A stretch of DNA of 64,000 bases from an uncultured Gammaproteobacteria bacterium (GTDB taxonomy: Bacteria > Patescibacteriota > Patescibacteriia > Magasanikbacterales > GWA2-37-8). Shown piece by piece: positions 26,440 through 34,459 of this stretch. The stretch is from positions 142,735 through 206,734 of the forward strand of contig CAZINT010000001.1 in NCBI GenBank assembly GCA_964540825.1, read 5' to 3'. The notes under the pieces are model-generated. The model had not been told where the DNA came from, did not search any database, and was given only the letters and a program-made list of their open reading frames with translations. How positions within the stretch are numbered: the stretch's first letter is position 1; every line of letters starts with the position of its first letter. The position numbers and the translations under genes were made by a program.

Positions 26440-26585
26440 ATAAAAAAATAATCCCGAAATACATCGGGATTATTTTTATTAAGAAGACTGTCCTCGCTCT
26501 AGGTACAAAATATATACGCAGAGCGAGAGTCAGGACAGCCTTGGGGTAGGCAGCCTTTCTCCTAAGACAAAGAAAGGATGGTAGG

Positions 26586-26984
26586 TCAGGCCGCGGCGCG
26601 CTGCTCGAGGGTCTGAGTGATGAGCTGCGCGAGCTTGTCGGTGTCGGCTGGCTTGGTGAAGACATCCATGAAAACGCCTGAGTTCTTGTAGCGGCTGTCG
26701 CCGGTCACGGCGATGGCCGGAAGCGACGGGTACTCCTTGTGAAGCTCCGCCACCAACGCCGCGCCATCATGGTTGCCCGCCAGTCCGAGATCGGTGATCA
26801 CGAGCGCGAGCTGAGAACCGAGCTTTTGTGCAAGTGCCACCGCCTCGTGATAGCCGTACACAGCGATGAAGCTGTAAGGAAGGCGGTGTCCAAGCGCAAA
26901 GCCGAGCATATCGGCATTATCAGGGTCGTCATCGACGACGAGGACGGTTGACCGAGGAGTTTGGGTAAGGATGTCGTCGTTCAT
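26586..26984 (-). CDS. stand-alone response regulator receiver domain, GC-rich
   Basis: Start MNDDIL (26984) after an AGGAG RBS. VLVVDDDPD..ITDLGLAG..; 132 aa with no output domain. ~63% GC. Confidence 0.7.
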   Translation of the reverse strand: MNDDILTQTPRSTVLVVDDDPDNADMLGFALGHRLPYSFIAVYGYHEAVALAQKLGSQLALVITDLGLAGNHDGAALVAELHKEYPSLPAIAVTGDSRYKNSGVFMDVFTKPADTDKLAQLITQTLEQRAAA

Positions 26985-27136
26985 GAACGCTCCTGGTGAC
27001 GAGTTTGTCACCCCACAAAATATCACAAGATACAACATTTGTCAATGATTGGAGGTGTTTTATTGAATTAAAAATAGAGCTGTGGTATTACTAAACAGCG
27101 ATTAGTTTTAGTATATTTTGTCGCTTTACTTTACGT

Positions 27137-27574
27137 ATGGAAATTACCCGCCACTTTACCGCCACAACTTTTATTGTCTATAACAAAAAAGTACTGCTGC
27201 ATCCGCATAAAAAATTGGGCATCTGGCTCCCGCCGGGCGGTCACCTTGATCGTGATGAATTGCCCGAGGTTGCCGCGCTGCGGGAAGTAAAAGAAGAAAC
27301 CGGGCTTGATGTGGAGCTGTATCAGGCACCAAGTAACTATGATTTTAAGGACGTCGGCGTACTCAAACAGCCGCAGTGTATTTTGCTCGAAGACATTAAT
27401 CCGTTTCATCAGCATATTGATTTTAATTATTTTGCCCGCGCTTCCACCGATGTGCTTAGCCCGCGCGCTGGCGAAGCTGCCACAATGCGCTGGCTGAGTC
27501 TTGAAGAAATTAACGCACTTGATGCGCCCGATGATGTGAAACGCCTCGCGACGGACGCTCTCACACTTTTATAA
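27137..27574 (+). CDS. NUDIX hydrolase
   Basis: Nudix box GGHLDRDELPEVAALREVKEETGL. Confidence 0.8.
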   Translation: MEITRHFTATTFIVYNKKVLLHPHKKLGIWLPPGGHLDRDELPEVAALREVKEETGLDVELYQAPSNYDFKDVGVLKQPQCILLEDINPFHQHIDFNYFARASTDVLSPRAGEAATMRWLSLEEINALDAPDDVKRLATDALTLL

Positions 27575-27578
27575 ACGT

Positions 27579-28205
27579 ATGGCTAAAAAAAGAACAGAAC
27601 TTCTTTCAGCGCGCACCACCTATCTACTCGGCGCAACCCTCATTGTGTTTGGGTTTGCTATTCGGGCGGTGTATTTTTTGCATCTTCCTGAAAGGTTTCG
27701 AAGTGTAGGGGCGACGAGTGTTCGGCCCGTGGTCACAAGTACACTGCTGAGCTTTGATGTAACAACTTCTACAGCAGTGCATCCTGAATTCACTGCCTCA
27801 ACTACGTATCGACTTATTATTCCGCGGATTGGCGTCGATATGCCGATCGTGGTTAATGAACCAAACGAAGCAAAGGGTTTGGCAGCTGGTGCGTGGCAAA
27901 TTTTGGGCACGGCGAGCCCTGATAATAGCGGGGGATATGGCAATATGGTGCTGAGTGCGCATCGGTATTTGTATACATCAGGCCCAAATACTTTTTTTGA
28001 TTTAGACAAATTGGAAGTGGGTGACAAAATTATAGTGTGGTGGCAGGGCAAAATGTATTCGTACACCGTAGACGCCAGTAAAGTTGTCCCGCCAAGCGCG
28101 GTTGAAATTTTGAATCCTTCGCCTACACCAGAATTAACGCTGTTTACGTGTACACCCGTGTTTACCACCAAAAACCGTCTGGTCGTAACCGCTCGTCCCA
28201 GTTAG
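27579..28205 (+). CDS. sortase (transpeptidase)
   Basis: N-terminal TM; VLSAHR His motif, LTLFTCTP (TLxTC) catalytic Cys; conserved Arg near C-terminus. Confidence 0.75.
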   Translation: MAKKRTELLSARTTYLLGATLIVFGFAIRAVYFLHLPERFRSVGATSVRPVVTSTLLSFDVTTSTAVHPEFTASTTYRLIIPRIGVDMPIVVNEPNEAKGLAAGAWQILGTASPDNSGGYGNMVLSAHRYLYTSGPNTFFDLDKLEVGDKIIVWWQGKMYSYTVDASKVVPPSAVEILNPSPTPELTLFTCTPVFTTKNRLVVTARPS

Positions 28206-28313
28206 CCGCATTCCTCTGAGGGCTCGAATAATATGGGGCTTGACAGACAAATTGATTTTATGGTCTAAAAAAGGTATTACTACGTTGCACTGAGTGCAAC
28301 GTATTTTACATAT

Positions 28314-29639
28314 ATGCAACAGAAAAAAACTATTTTATTTGTTACCAGACTTTTAACCGGATTATTTTTTGGTTTGTTAATTGCGATTATTGGAGTGCGT
28401 GTTACGAGGGCACAGGTTTTGTTTGAAGGCCTGGGACCTGAAGATGGTCATATTAGTATTTCTACTAATCTCGTAGGGGTTGGTCCTGCTACAGATAATA
28501 CAACAACTACTTTAACAATTATTGACAACGATGCCAGCTCAACATATTCTCAGAGTATTAAAGTGGGAGGTCCTCAGTTAGAATTTGATGCTAGTTCAGG
28601 ACATTACACGTTAAAAGCAGAGCCGTTGCTGGGATATGAGGTTACTTACGGAGGTGAAGAGGAGGATGATGAAGATTGTGATAGATCAGGTCTTATTGAA
28701 GTTGTTGAGGGTGGTGCGGTTTTTTGCACAATAACTCAAAGTTTTGTTGGATTTCCAGATCCGCCTCCAACCCCAACAACCGGCAACCTACGCATCAATG
28801 AAGTTATCATTAACGACAATGGTGACACTAAAACAGTTGCCGATTTTCCTTTTGATGTAGTTATTGGTGCATCGAGTTCAACATATGATGGCGCTGCTTC
28901 AACTACCATTGCGGATGTACAGGGCGGTACGACTTTCCGTGTAGAAGTAACAGTGCCGGATAGTTATAGCAAAACGTTGGAAGGTTGTTCTGGAACAATT
29001 GTCGCCGGCGAAGAAAGTGTTTGTACGATTACGCTTGATGATCAAGAATTGGTGTTGTCAAATATTTCTACCGAAGTCCTTGGGTCAACGTCGGTTCGTT
29101 TGAACTGGACAACAAGCCATTCGGCGACCTCGCGCGTGGTGTACGACACGGTATCGCACAGCGCTACCGGCACCTTGCCGCTCTATGGCTATGCTTTGGG
29201 CACTACAGAAGACAGTACCCTCACCCTCGAACATCATGTTACGATTACTGATCTAACTCCAGACACGACATACTTCTTGCGCGCCGTATCGCACGGCTCG
29301 CCCGAAGTAACCAGCGCTGAAGTTTCGGCGACCACGGGTTCGGCTGCTGTGGGCGGCGGTAATAATTTTAGCGTTGGGCCAGGCACTAGCGGGGGAGTGG
29401 CGGCTGCACCAGCTCCGGTAGTAATTCCTCCTTCTGCACCAGAACCGCCTCAAGCTGTTTTAGGAATAAAAATTGAAGACCCGATCGCAGTACCAGCTCC
29501 CGTTGCCCCGCAGGCTGTGCTTGGGTTTAAGACGCTGCCCGTAGCGGGTGGGGGAGATGCGAGTGCTATGCGCTTTGTAGCGGGGCTTTTGATGGTGTAT
29601 GGAAGTGTACTCGTTGTTAAGGCGCGCATGAGTGCGTAA
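28314..29639 (+). CDS. cell-surface protein with FN3-like domain and C-terminal LPVAG sorting signal
   Basis: N-terminal signal/TM. C-terminus KTLPVAGGG + hydrophobic FVAGLLMVYGSVLVV + KAR tail. Directly downstream of the sortase. Confidence 0.65.
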   Translation: MQQKKTILFVTRLLTGLFFGLLIAIIGVRVTRAQVLFEGLGPEDGHISISTNLVGVGPATDNTTTTLTIIDNDASSTYSQSIKVGGPQLEFDASSGHYTLKAEPLLGYEVTYGGEEEDDEDCDRSGLIEVVEGGAVFCTITQSFVGFPDPPPTPTTGNLRINEVIINDNGDTKTVADFPFDVVIGASSSTYDGAASTTIADVQGGTTFRVEVTVPDSYSKTLEGCSGTIVAGEESVCTITLDDQELVLSNISTEVLGSTSVRLNWTTSHSATSRVVYDTVSHSATGTLPLYGYALGTTEDSTLTLEHHVTITDLTPDTTYFLRAVSHGSPEVTSAEVSATTGSAAVGGGNNFSVGPGTSGGVAAAPAPVVIPPSAPEPPQAVLGIKIEDPIAVPAPVAPQAVLGFKTLPVAGGGDASAMRFVAGLLMVYGSVLVVKARMSA

Positions 29640-29657
29640 TTAAATTTTATATTTTAA

Positions 29658-29690
29658 AAAACAATCAGTACATACTGATTGTTTTTATTT
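29658..29690 (+). terminator. intrinsic terminator of surface protein gene
   Basis: AACAATCAGTA-cat-TACTGATTGTT followed by TTTTATTTT. Confidence 0.6.
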
Positions 29691-29744
29691 TACTAATACC
29701 AGAGTTATAACTAATTAACTTTCCTTTCCACTCCTTTGTGCGGA

Positions 29745-30150
29745 CAAAGGGTGGAGCCCAAAGCCGCCGAGCTACTGTCCGCCGTTGGTACTGCCATCGG
29801 TTCGTTCTCACTGCAGCACTAAGACTCGTTTCACTCAAACAATTAGTGTCGCTGCAAAAGCACCGTTCAAACTCGCTGGGCCAGTACGGGTCGTGTCCAA
29901 GTGCTCGGAGAGCCTAGCGAAGTACGAGGCCAACAATTCGCTTCCCGAGCGCTTGAGCGTTGAGCTCGGCAGTTCGAGATGAATTGGAACGTTCCGAAGG
30001 ACACCGGCCACGGTCGCGTCAAAGCGACATTGGCCGGTGAGTGACAATGAATCTGAACTGGCCGCGAAATGATCATCAGCTCGGCAGTTTTGGGCTCCAC
30101 CTTTTTGCTGTCAAAAAGGTGGTAAAGAAAGTTTGTGCGCTAAACTTTTT
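29745..30150 (+). repeat. GC-rich noncoding element A (candidate structured ncRNA); 3' half repeated, inverted, at 55076..55264
   Basis: No credible ORF. 29749-29759 is complementary to 30092-30101. Hairpins at 30004-30037 and 30097-30122. Ends in hairpin 30128-30148 followed by a T-run. ~75–80% identity to the minus strand of 55076-55264. Confidence 0.55.
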
Positions 30151-30152
30151 AA

Positions 30153-30181
30153 TTGACAGTAAAGGAGATTCTCGCTATACT
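30153..30181 (+). promoter_or_regulatory. sigma70-like promoter TTGACA-17-TATACT
   Basis: Consensus -35 (30153-30158) and near-consensus -10 (30176-30181), upstream of the CAP-domain gene. Confidence 0.55.
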
Positions 30182-30222
30182 TGCCTGTTTCGAAGAAACA
30201 AAAAATAGTATATACTATCGCC

Positions 30223-31482
30223 ATGAAACGCGCTTTCAAAAAATATTTTATCCCTCATGCGGAAAACAATTATCATCCGCATATTTTGCATACCAAGCGA
30301 GCGATCGCGTACTCGCTGCTGTTTATTGGCATCAAAGCTTTTGTTGTTGGTGCGATTTTACTCGTACCGCTGCCTGCATTTGTCGCGCCTGATGTTTTGG
30401 CTGCGGAACAAAGTCGGCTGGTCAGTTTGATAAATAATTTGCGTGCTACCAAAGACCGTCCGGCACTCAAGACCCAAAGCATTCTCAATCGTTCGGCCGA
30501 AATCAAGGCAGAGGACATGGCGACGCAGCAATATTTTAGTCACACCGGGCCAGGCAATCATGACCTCCAATATTTTTTGAAACAAGCCGGATATAGGTAT
30601 CATATTGCGGGCGAAAATTTGGCAATGGGTTTTTTTAACGCCGATGAAGTACTGGCAGCGTGGATCAAAAGCCCGACACATTATAAAAATTTGATTGATA
30701 GCGATTATGCAGAGCTCGGCACCAGTATGGTGAGCGGGTTGTATACCGATATCCCGACTGCCTATGCTGTGGCGCATTTTGGATCACCGGAAAGCGGCTC
30801 AGCTAGTGCAGCAGCTACCGTTCCTGATACAAAAGTAGCTATTGCCGCCGCCCGCCCGATCGCGGCAACCACTACGCCGCCTGTTGCGGGTAGTGCTCAA
30901 AAAACTCCAAATCCAAAACCGCCAGCGTCGCCAAAAATTCCGACACCGGTGGCGTTTGCCCCAAGCAAGCTCGGATACGACCCTAATCGCTCCGCAGTTG
31001 CCTGGAAAGCAGTCGAAGGGGGAGTGGAGGTTCGCGTTACCGCGGCGATCAGCGGGTCTGTACAGCAAGCGAGCGTCGAATTTTCAGACAAAACACTACT
31101 CCTTGCACCGACCGACACAGCTGGTGTTTTTTCTGGCACCACCGTACTCTCAACGTCACCGAACGAACTCTTTCGCGTTATCGTTCCGCCGACGATTAGT
31201 ATAGAAGCCGTTGGCGGCGAAAAGTTGGTCGACGCTATTGCCTGGCAAAATCCGGCAATCGTCTCGCCCACACCCCTAACGCGATACCTGACTGCAGCTA
31301 AGAGCGTACCTTTGGCTGCTAGTTTGTTTACTTTTTCCCGCAGTATTTATATTGGCTTTTTAATCATTTTTGGTCTTTCCTTGGTTGGCCTTGTGGCTAT
31401 CGAAATCCGCAAGCAACACCCTCATATTATTGTGCAAACCCTTGGTTTAATTGGTCTTTTGATGGTTTTAGTTTTGATATAA
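30223..31482 (+). CDS. CAP/SCP/PR-1 domain protein with Pro/Ala-rich linker and C-terminal TM helices
   Basis: N-terminal TM. CAP motifs in ..HTGPGN..GENLAMGF..LAAWIKSPTHYKNLIDSDYAELG. Alternative TTG start at 30181. Confidence 0.7.
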   Translation: MKRAFKKYFIPHAENNYHPHILHTKRAIAYSLLFIGIKAFVVGAILLVPLPAFVAPDVLAAEQSRLVSLINNLRATKDRPALKTQSILNRSAEIKAEDMATQQYFSHTGPGNHDLQYFLKQAGYRYHIAGENLAMGFFNADEVLAAWIKSPTHYKNLIDSDYAELGTSMVSGLYTDIPTAYAVAHFGSPESGSASAAATVPDTKVAIAAARPIAATTTPPVAGSAQKTPNPKPPASPKIPTPVAFAPSKLGYDPNRSAVAWKAVEGGVEVRVTAAISGSVQQASVEFSDKTLLLAPTDTAGVFSGTTVLSTSPNELFRVIVPPTISIEAVGGEKLVDAIAWQNPAIVSPTPLTRYLTAAKSVPLAASLFTFSRSIYIGFLIIFGLSLVGLVAIEIRKQHPHIIVQTLGLIGLLMVLVLI

Positions 31483-31494
31483 GGCAGCCAGGGG

Positions 31495-31523
31495 TTGACA
31501 AAAGTGGTGTTTTATGCTATAGT
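31495..31523 (+). promoter_or_regulatory. sigma70-like promoter TTGACA-17-TATAGT with ~90-nt leader
   Basis: Consensus hexamers upstream of the csp gene. A long 5' UTR is typical of cold-shock genes. Confidence 0.55.
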
Positions 31524-31616
31524 ATAAACACTTAAGAAGTCTTCAAGTAGAGATCCCGTCGAATTTCTACCTAGGACACATTGTCTTATGTCTTTATTCA
31601 CTCTATCTTTACTACT

Positions 31617-31814
31617 ATGAAAGGTACAATCAAACGCTTAACAGATCGTGGATTCGGCTTTATCGCTCCTGAAGGAGAATCGAAAGACGTTTTCTTCCAC
31701 TCTAGCGATTTGAACGGCGTGCAGTTTAACGACTTGCAGGTTGGTCAAATGGTAACTTTTGAGATCGCTCAGTCTGACAAAGGTCCAAAAGCAGTAAACG
31801 TAACTTTGGCGTAA
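31617..31814 (+). CDS. cold-shock protein (CspA family)
   Basis: 65 aa from MKGTIKRLTDRGFGFIAPEG..DVFFHSSDL..KGPKAVNV, carrying the RNP motifs. Confidence 0.85.
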   Translation: MKGTIKRLTDRGFGFIAPEGESKDVFFHSSDLNGVQFNDLQVGQMVTFEIAQSDKGPKAVNVTLA

Positions 31815-31828
31815 GCCGGAGGTTCTAC

Positions 31829-31866
31829 AAAAGTCGTTCCAGTGATGGAACGACTTTTTGTTTTTT
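31829..31866 (+). terminator. intrinsic terminator after csp
   Basis: AAAGTCGTTCCA-gtga-TGGAACGACTTT followed by TTGTTTTTT. Confidence 0.6.
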
Positions 31867-31922
31867 GCCAAAAATAAAATCGAATGATATGCTATCTAAG
31901 TCGTATTTAAATATTTTTTAGT

Positions 31923-32264
31923 ATGCACCATCCTGATAGCGCACCGATACAACCTCCTTCAGATGCAAGTAAAAATAAAGCGAGCGGACAGATTTCTGAA
32001 GAGCAGCGAGAGCGCGAACGAGCCTACGCACTGCGTGGAAAAGTACAGGATTTAGTAATACGCGAATTAACTGAAATGAAGCCCGATGACTCTGTGGAGG
32101 TAATGAACGCTAAAGCAATAGACTATACCATAAAGTACGCTGCTTTATTCAAAGAAGTCTTTGAAAAACCCGAGATCATGGCTTTGGCCGTTACAGACTA
32201 TACTGCTGCAGCACGTGAGATACTTAGGCAATTGCGCGAAGGGGCGCAACAAAATATCCATTAA
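31923..32264 (+). CDS. hypothetical protein
   Basis: 113 aa, no recognisable motif. Confidence 0.4.
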   Translation: MHHPDSAPIQPPSDASKNKASGQISEEQRERERAYALRGKVQDLVIRELTEMKPDDSVEVMNAKAIDYTIKYAALFKEVFEKPEIMALAVTDYTAAAREILRQLREGAQQNIH

Positions 32265-32284
32265 TTTTATAAGTGCTGTTTGCT

Positions 32285-32842
32285 ATGGACACCCCACTTA
32301 AAATTGTCGGCATAGCTGGCAGTTTGCGCAAAGATTCTTTTAATAAGGCCCTCTTGAATGCTGCCAAAGAATTAGTGCCCGAAGGCGTTGAGCTTGAAAT
32401 TTTAGATATTGGTACGTTTCCGCTTTTTAACCAGGATATGGAACAAAACATGCCGGCGGACGTGGTTGCTTTCAAAGAAAAAATTAAAACCGCGGATGCA
32501 GTCTTGTTTTCAACGCCTGAATATAATTATTCAATTCCGGGCGTTTTAAAAAATGCAATTGATTGGGCGTCACGCCCCTATGGGCAGAATAGTTTTAACG
32601 ATAAACCGGTTGCGATTATGGGCGGTTCGGGCGGCACTGTGGGTACTGCTAGGGCGCAGTATCACCTTCGGCAAACTTTTGTGTTCCTTAATATGCATGC
32701 CGTGAATAGGCCCGAAGTTATGGTAAGTGCGGTACACGAAAAAATTGATGCAACTGGCAAAGTTACCGACGCGCATACCCGTGACAAAATAAAAGAACTG
32801 CTCGAAGCACTTGTTGCATTTACCAAACGTTTAGATAAATAG
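32285..32842 (+). CDS. NAD(P)H-dependent FMN reductase family flavoprotein
   Basis: LKIVGIAGSLRKDSFNKAL..FSTPEYNYSIPGVLKNAIDWASRP, flavodoxin-like fold. ATG at 32285 or 32273. Confidence 0.75.
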   Translation: MDTPLKIVGIAGSLRKDSFNKALLNAAKELVPEGVELEILDIGTFPLFNQDMEQNMPADVVAFKEKIKTADAVLFSTPEYNYSIPGVLKNAIDWASRPYGQNSFNDKPVAIMGGSGGTVGTARAQYHLRQTFVFLNMHAVNRPEVMVSAVHEKIDATGKVTDAHTRDKIKELLEALVAFTKRLDK

Positions 32843-32885
32843 TACATAAAAATCCGTTAACACTGTAACGGATTTTTTAGCCCTT

Positions 32886-33563
32886 GTGTTTGATAGAAGT
32901 ATTATTTTTGGTATACTTATGGTGTTTAATTTTTCTGGTATGCAACATTTTGGAATCGATGTGCCAATGCTCATTAAAACCTTTGGTTACGTGGGCATCT
33001 TTGCTATTACATTTGCTGAGTCAGGATTATTTATTGGTTTCTTTTTGCCGGGGGATAGCCTCTTATTTACCGCAGGGTTCTTGGCTTCGCAAGGGTATTT
33101 GTTTTTACCGCTTTTGATTTTGGTGGTTTGGCTTGGTGCGACGCTGGGGGACAGCTTTGGATATTTTTTTGGTAAAAAAGTCGGGCCAAAGATTTTTACT
33201 AAAGAAGATTCGCTATTGTTTAAAAAAGCATACGTTGAAAAAGCCCGGGCGTTTTATGAGGTCCATGGCCCTAAAGCGCTTGTGTTAGCTCGTTTTATGC
33301 CTATCGTGCGTACCTTTGCCCCGATTGTTGCGGGAGTTGCCGGGATGCGGTATCGATCGTTTGTTATTTATAACATCGTTGGAGCGACTATTTGGGCTGT
33401 AACTCTCCCTACCGCAGCCTATTTCCTGGGGAGTGTTATTCCAAATTTTGACCGCTATATTGGTTGGGTAATCGGTGCTATAATTATTGCCTCTGTTGCT
33501 CCTAGCGTTTGGCATGTTCTAAAAGACCGGTTGCAGAGGGGTAAGGTTGACAAAAACCTATAA
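32886..33563 (+). CDS. DedA family membrane protein
   Basis: FAESGLFIGFFLPGDSLLFTAGFL..ARFMPIVRTFAPIVAGV signature. Confidence 0.8.
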   Translation: MFDRSIIFGILMVFNFSGMQHFGIDVPMLIKTFGYVGIFAITFAESGLFIGFFLPGDSLLFTAGFLASQGYLFLPLLILVVWLGATLGDSFGYFFGKKVGPKIFTKEDSLLFKKAYVEKARAFYEVHGPKALVLARFMPIVRTFAPIVAGVAGMRYRSFVIYNIVGATIWAVTLPTAAYFLGSVIPNFDRYIGWVIGAIIIASVAPSVWHVLKDRLQRGKVDKNL

Positions 33564-33605
33564 ATAAGCTAAAATAATCCGTTCTCAATTAATTAGTCAG
33601 TACGT

Positions 33606-34328
33606 ATGAAACAAGTCTATCAGCCAGCCTATATTGACCCTTCTACCAAAAACAGGCCGGGGTATTATAGTGTCATCGAAGTTTTCGCCGTTGCCATATT
33701 TACGGTTTTTATGGTTTTGCTGGGATTAAAGCTTATAAAAGCTGTGGGCGCCTTCGATTTTACCCTTATTGCTTTGGTTTTAACGTTTTTAATGCCGATT
33801 CTTGGCTACATTTTGGCTGACTTTTTCTCTGGTTTTGTGCATTTTTTGGGCGATACCTTTGGCAGTGAAGAAATCCCTTTTTTTGGGCCAAATTTTATCC
33901 GCCCCTTCCGTTCGCACCATATTGATGAAAAGGAAATTACCCGTCATAAATTTTTGGAGGTTAACGGAACTAACTGTTTGGTATCATTGTTTGTCTTAAT
34001 TCCAGTATATTTCTATTTGCCGGTAATGAGCTCGTTTGGCTATTTTTTTACCGGTGAAGTTGTTTGGTTCTTAATTTTGTCTATATTTTTGACCAATCAA
34101 ATTCATAAATGGGCCCACCAAGACAACCCGCCGTCACTGATACGTTTCTTGCAGCGCTACCGAATTATTTTGTCGCCTGAGCACCATCAGGTGCACCACA
34201 CCGCCCCGTTTGCCACGTATTATTGTATTACTTCCGGGTGGCTCAATGCGCTTTTAGCGAAACTTCGCTTTTTTGACAGTATTGCCAAACTTTTCCACGC
34301 TAAACCGCCAGAAAAGCGGTTGGGTTAA
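33606..34328 (+). CDS. membrane desaturase-like protein (CarF/TMEM189/FAD4 'Kua' family-like)
   Basis: Four TM helices. His boxes HFLGDTFG, RSHHIDEKEITRH, HKWAH, EHHQVHH are arranged as in the CarF/TMEM189 family. Confidence 0.5.
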   Translation: MKQVYQPAYIDPSTKNRPGYYSVIEVFAVAIFTVFMVLLGLKLIKAVGAFDFTLIALVLTFLMPILGYILADFFSGFVHFLGDTFGSEEIPFFGPNFIRPFRSHHIDEKEITRHKFLEVNGTNCLVSLFVLIPVYFYLPVMSSFGYFFTGEVVWFLILSIFLTNQIHKWAHQDNPPSLIRFLQRYRIILSPEHHQVHHTAPFATYYCITSGWLNALLAKLRFFDSIAKLFHAKPPEKRLG

Positions 34329-34347
34329 AAACTAAAATAGAGTTTAA

Positions 34348-34383
34348 CAAGACCTTTTGCAGCCTAGCAAAAGGTCTTTTTTG
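34348..34383 (+). terminator. intrinsic terminator
   Basis: AAGACCTTTTGC-agcctA-GCAAAAGGTCTT followed by TTTTT. Confidence 0.55.
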
Positions 34384-34459
34384 GCTTAACCTAAGCCTTG
34401 TCTTTTTCAACGAATGATGATAAAATGAGCTAGATTTTAACTATCCTGATTAGCTGCCT

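Noticed and set aside
29785-30100. Short ORFs (65–77 aa) inside element A
   Set aside because: Not conserved in the paralogous copy B. Substitutions between copies preserve base pairing rather than codons, so an RNA or structural-DNA interpretation is preferred.
29745-30150. Element A as RNase P RNA, tmRNA, SRP RNA or 6S RNA
   Set aside because: Conserved signature sequences (e.g. GGAAAGUCCGGGCUCC / ACAGAACCCGGCUUA for RNase P; tRNA-like end plus tag ORF for tmRNA) are absent on either strand. The presence of a second, inverted, partial copy is also atypical for those genes.
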